Source of the DNA: an uncultured Candidatus Saccharibacteria bacterium
GTDB lineage: Bacteria > Patescibacteriota > Saccharimonadia > Saccharimonadales > CAZJQT01
DNA: 64,000 nt
Reading direction: 5' to 3'
Assembly (NCBI GenBank): GCA_964604415.1
Contig: CAZRYT010000002.1
Span: 4,059-68,058 of the forward strand
The position numbers were made by a program, and so were the translations under genes. Below the pieces are notes generated by a model. It saw only the letters and a program-made list of their open reading frames with translations, was not told the origin of the DNA and did no database searches. Of this stretch, positions 16,959-26,226 are shown piece by piece (position 1 is the stretch's first letter; each line of letters starts with the position of its first letter).

Positions 16959-17909
16959 CTAGGCTACCTCTTCTGAGAATTCGTTTTTGCCAAGCAACCT
17001 AGCTCTAATCTTAGCTGAGCCGGTTTCATGAGACTTCGGTATTCTATAGCCTGATAAGCCTGCCGGCGGATGCATGAAGGTTACGACCGCATCACGCTCT
17101 GCTTCAGGATTATCGTTGAGTACACCATGCATGAGCTGAGGCAACTGACCATTTCGCTCAAAAATATTATCAGGCAAACGGTTATAGCCAGCACCTAAGA
17201 AAAGTTTTAACTCTCCGCTTCGATGCGCAATCGGTGAATTGATCGTCTTTTCTAGACTGGCGTCAAAATCTGCCACTTCAATGGGCGTTTTTATGCCGTT
17301 ATTGCTAGGTGCTCCCACTAGACCAGAGCTACTCTCCCAATTAGCAGCCGTGAAAGCGCTTCGGTCAATATGTAAATCTGCCTTATATACAGTAGCGGCC
17401 CCAAGGTAGCGCAGTAATCTAGTAACTATTTGATTATCTAGGCTATCGGGCGCCAACATAATCTCCTCCAAATCGAGTGCGTCATAAACTGGCCTTAAAG
17501 CTTTGATGGTGGCTTGTTGCAACTCAACGCAACTGCTTAAAAAATCATGCATTACTCTGGGTAAATTCCCGAGCTGATTTTTGGCACGCTCTAAACTGCG
17601 TGGACCAATGTGGGCAACATCTTTATCTTCTGTAGATGGTTCATCATGATTGATGGAGTGTGGATTTATCTTGCCGATACGCCGCCGGTCAACATAGTAA
17701 TCACCGCCGGCCGTAGGATCCGTTGGTGTGAAGGCAATAGCATCCGCAAATTGTTTGCCACCTGGTTCATAACATAGATCTAAGAAGTCCCTGAACTGGG
17801 CAAACAAAGGGTCAAGATCGGCTCCTGTTACACCGTAATCAACACTCATAAAGCCTTTAGCCGGTATTTGTTCGTGCAAATATTCTCTCAAAGCATCTTT
17901 GCCTGGCAT
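16959..17909 (-). CDS. 2-oxoglutarate/Fe(II)-dependent oxygenase superfamily protein (IPNS/ACCO-like)
   Basis: GGAGGG SD before MPGKDALREY. HID (in LHIDRSAFT), distal His in LMHGV, and RDAVVTFMHP match the HxD...H...RxS facial-triad layout. Confidence 0.55.
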   Translation of the reverse strand: MPGKDALREYLHEQIPAKGFMSVDYGVTGADLDPLFAQFRDFLDLCYEPGGKQFADAIAFTPTDPTAGGDYYVDRRRIGKINPHSINHDEPSTEDKDVAHIGPRSLERAKNQLGNLPRVMHDFLSSCVELQQATIKALRPVYDALDLEEIMLAPDSLDNQIVTRLLRYLGAATVYKADLHIDRSAFTAANWESSSGLVGAPSNNGIKTPIEVADFDASLEKTINSPIAHRSGELKLFLGAGYNRLPDNIFERNGQLPQLMHGVLNDNPEAERDAVVTFMHPPAGLSGYRIPKSHETGSAKIRARLLGKNEFSEEVA

Positions 17910-18027
17910 GGTTACCCTCCATGTTTTTGCGTTGTAGGTCAAGTATAGCAATTAGGTTGTAATGCGCTAGTCTTGCTAAAATAGCTATAATGTACTAGAA
18001 TAAGTATTATTCAAGGGAGTTTAGTAA

Positions 18028-18564
18028 ATGTGGCCATTTAAGCGCAATAAATCGAGTGATAATGAAGCTTCTGTTCCTACAGAAGCAATACCAGAAGTGC
18101 CTCAAGAAGTAACTCAGTACTATGAATCAGAACGCCGGGAAAGAATTGGTGTAGCCTGGTTGCTTGGTTTAGTTACGCTATTAGCTACCATTGCTGTCGT
18201 TTTTGTAATCTTTTTTGGTGGCCGCTGGACTTACCGCAAACTGACAAACAAAGACAATCATCCAAAACCAATCCCAACAGTGGTCAATAAAGCTCCGGTG
18301 GCAACACCAGCTACTCCTAAGCCCTCTTCAAGCCAGTCCTTCAACACTAGCCCGACACCGCCAACAACTTCTCCAGCACCTACTACTACAACTGCACCTC
18401 AAACTAGCTCAGCTACAACCCAAACGCCTTCACCAAGTACTACGCCAACCGTCGCAGCTAACGGTAAGCTTGCCAACACTGGTCCTGGAGATGTTGTCGC
18501 TATTTTTGGCTTTACGACTATCGCCGGTACTTTGTTCTACAACCGACGCTACCGACACCAATAA
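18028..18564 (+). CDS. Pro/Thr/Ser-rich surface protein with N-terminal TM segment and C-terminal LANTG sortase-type sorting signal
   Basis: LANTG at 18469..18483 is followed by the hydrophobic segment VVAIFGFTTIAGTLFY and the basic tail NRRYRHQ. Confidence 0.75.
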   Translation: MWPFKRNKSSDNEASVPTEAIPEVPQEVTQYYESERRERIGVAWLLGLVTLLATIAVVFVIFFGGRWTYRKLTNKDNHPKPIPTVVNKAPVATPATPKPSSSQSFNTSPTPPTTSPAPTTTTAPQTSSATTQTPSPSTTPTVAANGKLANTGPGDVVAIFGFTTIAGTLFYNRRYRHQ

Positions 18565-18680
18565 TCTGGCCTAGTTAGCCGACCCCTAGCTAATAATCAC
18601 AATTGGTTTGTGACGCTTATCACAGACTGGCTTGGTCTGTTTGGCTCATAGTAATGACTGCAGAAGAGGGAGAGGTAGTT

Positions 18681-19022
18681 ATGGCAGAACCAGCGACTCG
18701 TCAAGATGTGCAGAATAGTGTTGATCGTGCCAAATCCTCTATCCTGAGTAGTGTTTTAACGCGTAACGACTTGCAATCATTGGCCGGACAGATACGTGGC
18801 GCTATTTTACAGGATCTGCATGGTATGCACGCCGAGAACCAATCAATCATGCGACAGTCGATGAACTACCGCGAACAACTACTTCAGCGTATAGCCAGTT
18901 TGGAGCGGAGCGTCATAACTCTTCAACAACAGGTTGGCAAAGTACAGAATCAACACACACAAACAGCCACTTCAATAAGTAAGATGCGTCCTGACAACGT
19001 TCTAAGTTTCCAGCGTTTTTAA
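18681..19022 (+). CDS. coiled-coil hypothetical protein
   Basis: GAGGGAGAGG SD before MAEPATRQDV. Heptad-like Q/L-rich sequence. Confidence 0.55.
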   Translation: MAEPATRQDVQNSVDRAKSSILSSVLTRNDLQSLAGQIRGAILQDLHGMHAENQSIMRQSMNYREQLLQRIASLERSVITLQQQVGKVQNQHTQTATSISKMRPDNVLSFQRF

Positions 19023-19570
19023 GAGTTATTTTGGTTTTGAGTGAAGTAGTTGATTTCGTTGATAACATCTAATAGAGCTTGAGCGCGAGCTTTATCATCG
19101 GTAATCTGCTTGGCAGCTTCAAAAGCGTCAGGGATCATGTCTTTATTGTCACTGGCTTGAATCATCATCATGGTCGTACGGAATTTTTCTTCTGGTGACT
19201 GATCTAATTGACCTACTAGTGGGCTCAATTGCTGCAAGGCTTGCTGCTTAATATCCATCAGGTCACTAGGAGTTCCAGTTGATTGATCATTAGCCGGTTG
19301 GTCACTAACGGGAGTTTCTATGTAGTCGGGTGTGTTATCGGATGTAGCATTGTCAGGTGTAATGTTGTCCGGTGTGCCATTGCTAGGTAATTCGGGTGTA
19401 GTTAAATCAGCCGCCGGCATAGAAGGTGCTCCGGCTGCGGCAGCATTCAGCATGACATCATTGTTAGACGGTGTATTATCGGTTGGCGCAACTGTACCCA
19501 AGTCATTGGGGGGCGTCATAGACATTACATCATCATCGGCTTTTTTCTGATCGTCGTTAATTCCAAACAT
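19019..19570 (-). CDS. hypothetical protein with disordered Asp/Pro/Thr/Asn-rich N-terminal half and helical C-terminal domain
   Basis: ORF with TPDN-type short repeats. Alternative GTG start at 19582. Confidence 0.55.
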   Translation of the reverse strand: MFGINDDQKKADDDVMSMTPPNDLGTVAPTDNTPSNNDVMLNAAAAGAPSMPAADLTTPELPSNGTPDNITPDNATSDNTPDYIETPVSDQPANDQSTGTPSDLMDIKQQALQQLSPLVGQLDQSPEEKFRTTMMMIQASDNKDMIPDAFEAAKQITDDKARAQALLDVINEINYFTQNQNNS

Positions 19571-19646
19571 TAAACTTCCCACTCTTTATTAATATGCTTT
19601 TTCCACTATAGCATAAGTGCTTTGATGTATGTAAGCTAGGAATAAG

Positions 19647-20684
19647 ATGTTGGATGATTTGAAATACATACATCATAAAGATGCTCAGGACGCTCTGGGT
19701 ATTGCTGAAAAGCAATGGCAACAGCTGGAACATAGCTTTGAGACCAAAGATTGGGAAATTGCCGGTGATTGCCAGAACGTCGTACTGGCCGGTATGGGTG
19801 GTTCTGCCCTGGCTGGACTCATCAGCAATAGTTGGCCCGGCTATAAACTGCCATTTGAAGTTGTCAGAGGCTACGACATACCGGCCTACGTCGGTCCAGC
19901 CACATTGTTTATTGCCTCGTCATACTCTGGGAACACCGAGGAAACTATTACGGCACTTTCCCAAGCTACGGCGCGTAAAGCCCAAGTAGTCATCCTAAGC
20001 TCTGGTGGCAAATTGGCTGAAATAGCCAAGTCAAAGCATTATCCAATCGCGCTGTTGCCTGAAGTAACTGAACCGCGTTATGGGGTGTTATACAGCCTAA
20101 AAGCCTTAGTAACGGTGCTGGAAAAATTTGGTTTAGCCAATAAAGAAAGTGCTGAAAAAACCATGCATGAAGCGGCTGATTTTATAAAAAAAAGTGTAGC
20201 CAACTGGACTCCGGACAAGCCAACCTCCCAAAATCCGGCAAAAAAATTAGCTCAGGAGCTAATGGGCAGGGCACCGGTTATATATGCCGGGCCAAAACTC
20301 TTTCCAGCTGCTTACAAATGGAAGATTAGTTTTAATGAAAACGCCAAAAACGTTGCCTGGTGCAATCAATATTCTGAGTTTAATCACAACGAAATGCTGG
20401 GTTGGACTAGCCACCCGGTTGATAAACCATATAGTGTCATTGAACTTCGTAGCAACCACGAACATCCCAGGATACAACGACGTTTTGAGGTTACCGAACA
20501 ACTACTTTCGGGCCAGCGCCCGGCACCGCATGTTATCCAAGTTGAAGGCGATACGCTATTAGAGCAACTTCTTTGGTCGATTGCTTTTGGCGATTTTGTG
20601 AGTTTATATCTGGCGCTGCTAAATGGGATTAATCCGACACCAGTAGATTTAATCGAGAAATTCAAAAAAACTTTAGATGCTTGA
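19647..20684 (+). CDS. bifunctional phosphoglucose/phosphomannose isomerase (SIS domain)
   Basis: GMGGSALAG and SYSGNTEET SIS motifs, with a PGI/PMI-type C-terminal domain. Confidence 0.8.
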   Translation: MLDDLKYIHHKDAQDALGIAEKQWQQLEHSFETKDWEIAGDCQNVVLAGMGGSALAGLISNSWPGYKLPFEVVRGYDIPAYVGPATLFIASSYSGNTEETITALSQATARKAQVVILSSGGKLAEIAKSKHYPIALLPEVTEPRYGVLYSLKALVTVLEKFGLANKESAEKTMHEAADFIKKSVANWTPDKPTSQNPAKKLAQELMGRAPVIYAGPKLFPAAYKWKISFNENAKNVAWCNQYSEFNHNEMLGWTSHPVDKPYSVIELRSNHEHPRIQRRFEVTEQLLSGQRPAPHVIQVEGDTLLEQLLWSIAFGDFVSLYLALLNGINPTPVDLIEKFKKTLDA

Positions 20685-20717
20685 ACTATTTTCATGTCCA
20701 GTGCATTCTAGGTAGTA

Positions 20718-21464
20718 ATGTTTGACGTTGGTAGCCTAGGCACTATTATGGCAATTTTTGCCCACCCCGATGACGAAACCTTCACCTGCGGAGGGCTACT
20801 TAGTATGGCAGTTGCTAATGGCCAGACAGTAATATGTGTGACGGCCACCAGAGGCGAGGCCGGGGTTCGTGATGAAAAACGCTGGCCAGCCGATAAATTA
20901 GGCCAAATCCGTGAGCACGAGCTAGAAGAGGCTTTAAAAATTCTTGGTATTAGTCATCATCATTGGTTGGATTATGAGGACGGTCGTTGCCACCAAATAC
21001 CAGACACTGAAGCTGTCGCCAAGCTCATCAAGCTAGTTGATAAGTATCAACCCGACACCATTATAACTTTTGGACCTGATGGCTTAACTGGACATCAAGA
21101 CCACCAAGCGGCGTCGCGCTGGAGCAATCTAGCAATCAAACAGTGCCCCAAAACTGTAGAAATCTACTACGTCATAGACTCCGATGAGCAATATAATGAC
21201 TTCACCAAAGCAGCCGATGAAAAGTTTGATATTTATTTTAATATCGACAAGCCAACTCTGGTGTCACGCGCCAAGTGTGATATTTGCCTAAAGTTACCAA
21301 CAGATGTGATTAACAAGAAAGTAGCCAGCCTCAAGGCTCAAATTTCTCAAACTGACGCCATGTTTAAACAAAACAGCGAAGAATGGTTTAGTAAGGTTTA
21401 TGCCTACGAAACGTTCGTCAATGCCAACCGCCAAGACATAAAGTGGCAAACGGCCTTGTCCTAG
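20718..21464 (+). CDS. PIG-L/LmbE-family N-acetylglucosaminyl deacetylase
   Basis: AHPDDETF motif and a later HQDH motif. Confidence 0.8.
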   Translation: MFDVGSLGTIMAIFAHPDDETFTCGGLLSMAVANGQTVICVTATRGEAGVRDEKRWPADKLGQIREHELEEALKILGISHHHWLDYEDGRCHQIPDTEAVAKLIKLVDKYQPDTIITFGPDGLTGHQDHQAASRWSNLAIKQCPKTVEIYYVIDSDEQYNDFTKAADEKFDIYFNIDKPTLVSRAKCDICLKLPTDVINKKVASLKAQISQTDAMFKQNSEEWFSKVYAYETFVNANRQDIKWQTALS

Positions 21465-21979
21465 ATCGGTTTTTCTTTTAGCCCCAATAAAAATGCGATA
21501 TAAGCTACCACTAGATGCAGTCCAAAATAAACACCAACAATGATCGCTATTTGTTGCAAATCCAGATCAAAAACAAAACCGCTCAACACTAAACCACCGA
21601 CTATGTAATCCAGCTGATCAAACGGAAACCAACGCTCGCCTGGCTTTTTGCCCACTAAGCGTTTGAAATAACTCTCAATCGCATCACCCAGTAGAGCCCC
21701 AAAGCCGACCAAAGCACTGTGAATTAACCATAGCTTCAAATTGTTGCTATGAAAGTAAAAATGATTGGTTATAAGACCAGTAAATACCGCCATAAGCGTG
21801 CCTAGAACGACGCCACGCCAGCGTTTGTTGTCACCTAGTAGTCTCTTGCCGTGATAACTAAGCCCAAAATCCATCGGCGTTTGCCAATTTTTTATGATCG
21901 GTAAACGATTGGCCAATACTGGGCTCATGTTGGCAACGCCTGCGGGTAAGAAAAAAAGCAACGTTCCGAAAAAGCTCAT
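21461..21979 (-). CDS. CDP-archaeol synthase (CarS, DUF46)-family cytidylyltransferase-like membrane protein
   Basis: LPAGVANMSPVL...PMDFG...GKRLLGDNKRWRG matches the CarS signature LPAyvANgsPV...DfG...GdgKTwRG. Confidence 0.7.
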   Translation of the reverse strand: MSFFGTLLFFLPAGVANMSPVLANRLPIIKNWQTPMDFGLSYHGKRLLGDNKRWRGVVLGTLMAVFTGLITNHFYFHSNNLKLWLIHSALVGFGALLGDAIESYFKRLVGKKPGERWFPFDQLDYIVGGLVLSGFVFDLDLQQIAIIVGVYFGLHLVVAYIAFLLGLKEKPI

Positions 21980-22629
21980 CTACGACCTTGTAGTTTTTTG
22001 CGTAAGCGATGATATTTGGGGTAGAGCAACGCCCTAGTTGTTGGCCGCTCTGTCATAGGTGTACCGTGAGCAATTTCATCCAACAAACTACCACGATTTG
22101 GCAAAGATTTAGTCTGCGTAAACGTCCGGCCAAGTCCTTTAAAGCCGTGGGCATCGCTACTAGCGGCCGAGCGTGAATGGTTTAGCCTGACCCAGATAGC
22201 TGTCTGGGCGCTCCGGTTTTGCCAGAAAGCGCGACCATTAACCACCTCAACAATGTCAATAAAATCATGCAACTCTTCCATAACAGCCGGGTGCAAACCG
22301 TGCCTAATTGATTCAAATGGATGCGGTATATAAACTAGGCCATCCTGGTCTTTGATCTTTTTGACGGTTTCAAGTGGCGACAAACCCGGTCTGATAGCTT
22401 CAGTTAGGTACAAGCCAATAATCTCACCTGACGTCGTCATTATTTCCTCACCAACAATGATATGTTCACCCAAATGATCCTTTAGCTGGGTCGCAAAATC
22501 TATGGAATTGTGGTCAGTCACCGCCACCAGGTCCAACATGCCGGATGACAAAGCCCGGGCGTATTGCTCGGCAGTTATGCCACCGTCTGGAGAGGTAACT
22601 GAGTGGGTGTGTAAATCAATTTTGTACAT
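21976..22629 (-). CDS. PHP-domain phosphoesterase
   Basis: IDLHTHSVTSPDG, VAVTDHN and a later SDAHG motif. It overlaps both neighbouring genes. Confidence 0.8.
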   Translation of the reverse strand: MYKIDLHTHSVTSPDGGITAEQYARALSSGMLDLVAVTDHNSIDFATQLKDHLGEHIIVGEEIMTTSGEIIGLYLTEAIRPGLSPLETVKKIKDQDGLVYIPHPFESIRHGLHPAVMEELHDFIDIVEVVNGRAFWQNRSAQTAIWVRLNHSRSAASSDAHGFKGLGRTFTQTKSLPNRGSLLDEIAHGTPMTERPTTRALLYPKYHRLRKKLQGRR

Positions 22630-23242
22630 CGGCTAGTTTCCTAGTTATTCTCACCAACCGGCCAATGGCAGTTAGGCTGGATAATATAGCTATAACAATC
22701 ACGGCTAGTGCGACGCGGTTTGATAGCAAGCCGATAAACAATATAAACATCCTCACCTCAAAGCGCATCAGTCCATCAGCAAACAGGCGGTTAATCTCAT
22801 TGGGCGATAAGTGAGCGTCTTTTATAGCCGTTTCGCCCTTAGCTTTAACGTAGGAAACACTTAGCGACGCTCCGCAAGCAACCACAGCCCACACCGCCAA
22901 ATATGGCCGACCAGTCTGAGCAATTATCTGGTAAGCGGCACCAGTGTAGAGTAAAACTTCCTTGATACGGTCGGTGCTGGCATCTAGCACCATACCAGCG
23001 TTGCTGGCACGCTTTTGCAATCTGGCTAGCTCGCCGTCTAGTGCATCAAACAAACCAAACACTACCAATAAGCCAGCGGCTAATAAATTGTGTTGAAAGG
23101 CTATCTCCCAGGCTATCAATACGTGTGCTATCAGTCCAACAATAGTCACAGAATTAGGGCTTAACCTACCTCCACTGAGTTTATTGAGTACTATGGCAAC
23201 TCTACGCATCAACGATCTTACCAACGAGCGCATCCAATCCAT
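22616..23242 (-). CDS. CDP-alcohol phosphatidyltransferase
   Basis: Exact D-x2-DG-x2-AR-x8-G-x3-D-x3-D motif: DALDGELARLQKRASNAGMVLDASTD. TATAAT lies 6 nt upstream of the ATG. Confidence 0.9.
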   Translation of the reverse strand: MDWMRSLVRSLMRRVAIVLNKLSGGRLSPNSVTIVGLIAHVLIAWEIAFQHNLLAAGLLVVFGLFDALDGELARLQKRASNAGMVLDASTDRIKEVLLYTGAAYQIIAQTGRPYLAVWAVVACGASLSVSYVKAKGETAIKDAHLSPNEINRLFADGLMRFEVRMFILFIGLLSNRVALAVIVIAILSSLTAIGRLVRITRKLADVQN

Positions 23243-23283
23243 AAGGCCATTATACGGTGTTAGTTGCTATACTGATAGTTATC

Positions 23284-23955
23284 ATGGCTAAAACTTCAGA
23301 GCCAACTGGCGTGGTGAATGCTCTGCTGTTAGCTAATCTAATCAGCCTAGTTCTGTTTGGGCTCAGAGTTATTGCTGCCCAAAACATTCGCTACTGGTTT
23401 TTGGTTTGGAATCTAGCTCTGGCGTGGCTACCGGTTTTATTTGTTTGGCTACTTATCAAACAACTTAAAACCAAACGTTGGCAAGAACCTTTGCCGATGT
23501 TACTAACACTGCTTTGGTTGGGGTTTTTGCCCAATAGTTTTTACCTAATAAGTGACCTAATACATCTGCAATCGACCGGTGATATCGGTGTTTTGTTTGA
23601 TACCGTCATGTTTATGTCATTCATATTAAACGGTCTTGTGGCTGGCTACCTGAGCCTCTACCAGGTCCACAAACAACTGATAAAACGCAAGGGTAGGGAA
23701 AAAGCGCATATTTTTATAGGTGTAATTCTACTGCTGGTCAGTTTTGCCATTTATTTAGGGCGGACGCTTAGGTGGAACAGTTGGGATGTACTGCTAAATC
23801 CGGCCGGCGTCTTGTTTGATGTTTCAGAAAGAGTAATTAGTCCCTTAGAACACCCACAGGCAATTGTTACAACTACAACTTTTTTCTTATTACTTGGCAG
23901 CGTCTATATAGTTATCTGGCAACTTACCAACCAACACGAAAATAACAAGGACTAA
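23284..23955 (+). CDS. DUF1361-family membrane protein
   Basis: WNLALAWLPVLF signature with multiple TM helices. Alternative GTG start at 23257. Confidence 0.6.
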   Translation: MAKTSEPTGVVNALLLANLISLVLFGLRVIAAQNIRYWFLVWNLALAWLPVLFVWLLIKQLKTKRWQEPLPMLLTLLWLGFLPNSFYLISDLIHLQSTGDIGVLFDTVMFMSFILNGLVAGYLSLYQVHKQLIKRKGREKAHIFIGVILLLVSFAIYLGRTLRWNSWDVLLNPAGVLFDVSERVISPLEHPQAIVTTTTFFLLLGSVYIVIWQLTNQHENNKD

Positions 23956-23986
23956 AGCTAACGTTTTATCTGTTATTATTAGGTGA

Positions 23987-25669
23987 ATGAAGCGGGAAAT
24001 TGAGCAAGTAATTGCCACTGTTTGCAAAGATTTATTCAAAGTCGATGTTGAGGTTAGTTTGACTCGAACAACTGAACAATTTGGTGATTATGCTACCAAC
24101 ATAGCCCTGCAATTAGCAGCTAAGAAAAAAGTGAAACCCGGCGAAATCGCTAACCAATTAGTGATAGTGCTAGAGAAAAAACTGGCGGGTATTGTAGAGA
24201 AGATATCAATCGCTGGGCCGGGTTTTATTAACCTTACGCTGGCTGGCAAAACCTTGGTTAGTGAAGTGTCACGCGTCAATGAAAAATATGGCCACAACGA
24301 TCTATATAAAGACAAAGTCATCGTAGCTGAGTATTCAGACCCAAACCCATTCAAGGTTTTACACGCTGGGCATTTGTATACCAGTGTTGTTGGTGATGCC
24401 ATAGCCAAACTATTTGAGGCGGCTGGGGGCAAGGTTCACAGAGTTAATTTTGGCGGCGATGTTGGTCGGCATGTGGCTATTGCTATGTGGGCGATAATAA
24501 AAGAACTTGGTGGAGAGTTTCCGGATAAACTATCGTCCATTACGGAGAAACAACGTCCAGAATGGATGACCAAGGCTTACGTTAAGGGCAATAATGCTTT
24601 TTTGGATAACGCAACTGCAAAAAAGGAAATAACAGAGCTCAATAAGCGCATCTATCAACTACACACTGAGAATGATCATAAATCACCACTGGCACAAATC
24701 TATTGGACAACTCGGCAGTGGAGCTACGACTACTTTGAACAATTTTATAGTCAGATTGGTAGCAAATTTGAGAAATACTATCCGGAAAGTGAAGTTGCCG
24801 AGCTAGGTTTAAAAACTGTCCAGGAACAGTTAAAAAAAGGCGTTTTCAAGAAGTCAGACGGGGCAATTGTGTTTGACGGCCACAAGCACGGTTTACACAC
24901 CAGGGTGTTTATTAACTCTGAAGGCCTGCCAACTTATGAGGCCAAAGACACTGGTCTGATACTACAAAAATGGCAGGATTATCATTTTGACCTGTCGGTC
25001 GTCATCACTGCTAATGAAATTGCCCAATATATGCAGGTAGTTTTGAAAGCTATTGAACAATTCAAACCGGACTTGGTCAAAAAAACTGTTCATCTGACTC
25101 ACGGCATGATTAAACTTCAGGGTGGTGTCAAAATGAGCTCGAGGAAAGGCAACATCCTAAGAGCCGTAGATGTGCTAGACGCGGCCGCTAAAGCTAATCA
25201 TAAGCTCAGCGGTAAAGAGCAACCCATCGTGGTGTTGGGCGCGGTCAAATACGCCTTTCTAAAACAGGGTTTAGGGGGTGATATCATTTACGATCCAGAA
25301 GAGTCAGTCGCCATTGCTGGCAACAGTGGGCCATATTTGCAGTACGCTCACGCCCGGGCGCGCAGCATTTTGGCCAAAGCCAAAGCCAATGATGCTAAGA
25401 TTGACTATTTTGATGAAGCCGAACGCAGCCTAGCGCGCAAAATTAGCGAATTCCCAGAGGTGGTTGAAACAGCCGTGACTGAATTTACGCCGCACCACAT
25501 TGCTACTTATCTGTATGAACTTGCCCAAGATTTTAATAGTTTTTATGAAAATAGTCGGGTGATAGGTGACCCACGTGAGCAGACACGACTCAAGCTAGTA
25601 GAGGCTTACGCCCAAGTTCTAAAAAATGGCCTAGAACTACTGAATATTACTGCCCCGGAGAAGATGTGA
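23987..25669 (+). CDS. argS: arginyl-tRNA synthetase
   Basis: SDPNPFKVLHAGHL (HIGH), MSSRKG (KMSKS variant), and a DALR anticodon-binding C-terminus. Confidence 0.95.
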   Translation: MKREIEQVIATVCKDLFKVDVEVSLTRTTEQFGDYATNIALQLAAKKKVKPGEIANQLVIVLEKKLAGIVEKISIAGPGFINLTLAGKTLVSEVSRVNEKYGHNDLYKDKVIVAEYSDPNPFKVLHAGHLYTSVVGDAIAKLFEAAGGKVHRVNFGGDVGRHVAIAMWAIIKELGGEFPDKLSSITEKQRPEWMTKAYVKGNNAFLDNATAKKEITELNKRIYQLHTENDHKSPLAQIYWTTRQWSYDYFEQFYSQIGSKFEKYYPESEVAELGLKTVQEQLKKGVFKKSDGAIVFDGHKHGLHTRVFINSEGLPTYEAKDTGLILQKWQDYHFDLSVVITANEIAQYMQVVLKAIEQFKPDLVKKTVHLTHGMIKLQGGVKMSSRKGNILRAVDVLDAAAKANHKLSGKEQPIVVLGAVKYAFLKQGLGGDIIYDPEESVAIAGNSGPYLQYAHARARSILAKAKANDAKIDYFDEAERSLARKISEFPEVVETAVTEFTPHHIATYLYELAQDFNSFYENSRVIGDPREQTRLKLVEAYAQVLKNGLELLNITAPEKM

Positions 25670-26226
25670 ACGTTCTAATTGTCCCGGGTTATGGGGACAG
25701 ATACGACTATATAGAAAAAGCAACAGAACACTGGTCAGAAAAATATGGTATCGAACCGGAAATATACGTGTTTGGTACCAAGCCTGAGGATGAATATGCT
25801 CCCAATTGGCTAGCTTTTGAAGCTAAGCTTCAACAAATGGGTAATACTGCCATTATTGGTGCCAGTTTTGGGGTAACCATCGCGCTAAGAGCCCTGCAAG
25901 ACCATCCGGATATTGTCAGCTGCGCAGTTGGGATTTCTGGTCCGCATGACTTGAAAGACATGGATCAAAAAACTGTCGATAAAAAATATCAACTACTCAA
26001 TGAATCATTACCAGCTTTTTCGGTTGATAAATTGCCGCTTGATAAGGTAATGACACTAAGGCCAATCTATGATGGCGTCATTGAACCTAAAAAAGTTTTT
26101 ATAAAAGATGCAACCAATAAGCGCATGCTCACAATCGGTCATCCGCTGGGCATCTTCTGGGCATTCAAATTTAATGGCAGAGCAATCACTGACTTTATAA
26201 AGGCTCATCATGACAATAGTATTTGA
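25666..26226 (+). CDS. alpha/beta hydrolase-fold protein
   Basis: GTGA overlap with the argS stop. GASFG nucleophile elbow, with later Asp and GHP His candidates. Confidence 0.6.
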   Translation: MNVLIVPGYGDRYDYIEKATEHWSEKYGIEPEIYVFGTKPEDEYAPNWLAFEAKLQQMGNTAIIGASFGVTIALRALQDHPDIVSCAVGISGPHDLKDMDQKTVDKKYQLLNESLPAFSVDKLPLDKVMTLRPIYDGVIEPKKVFIKDATNKRMLTIGHPLGIFWAFKFNGRAITDFIKAHHDNSI

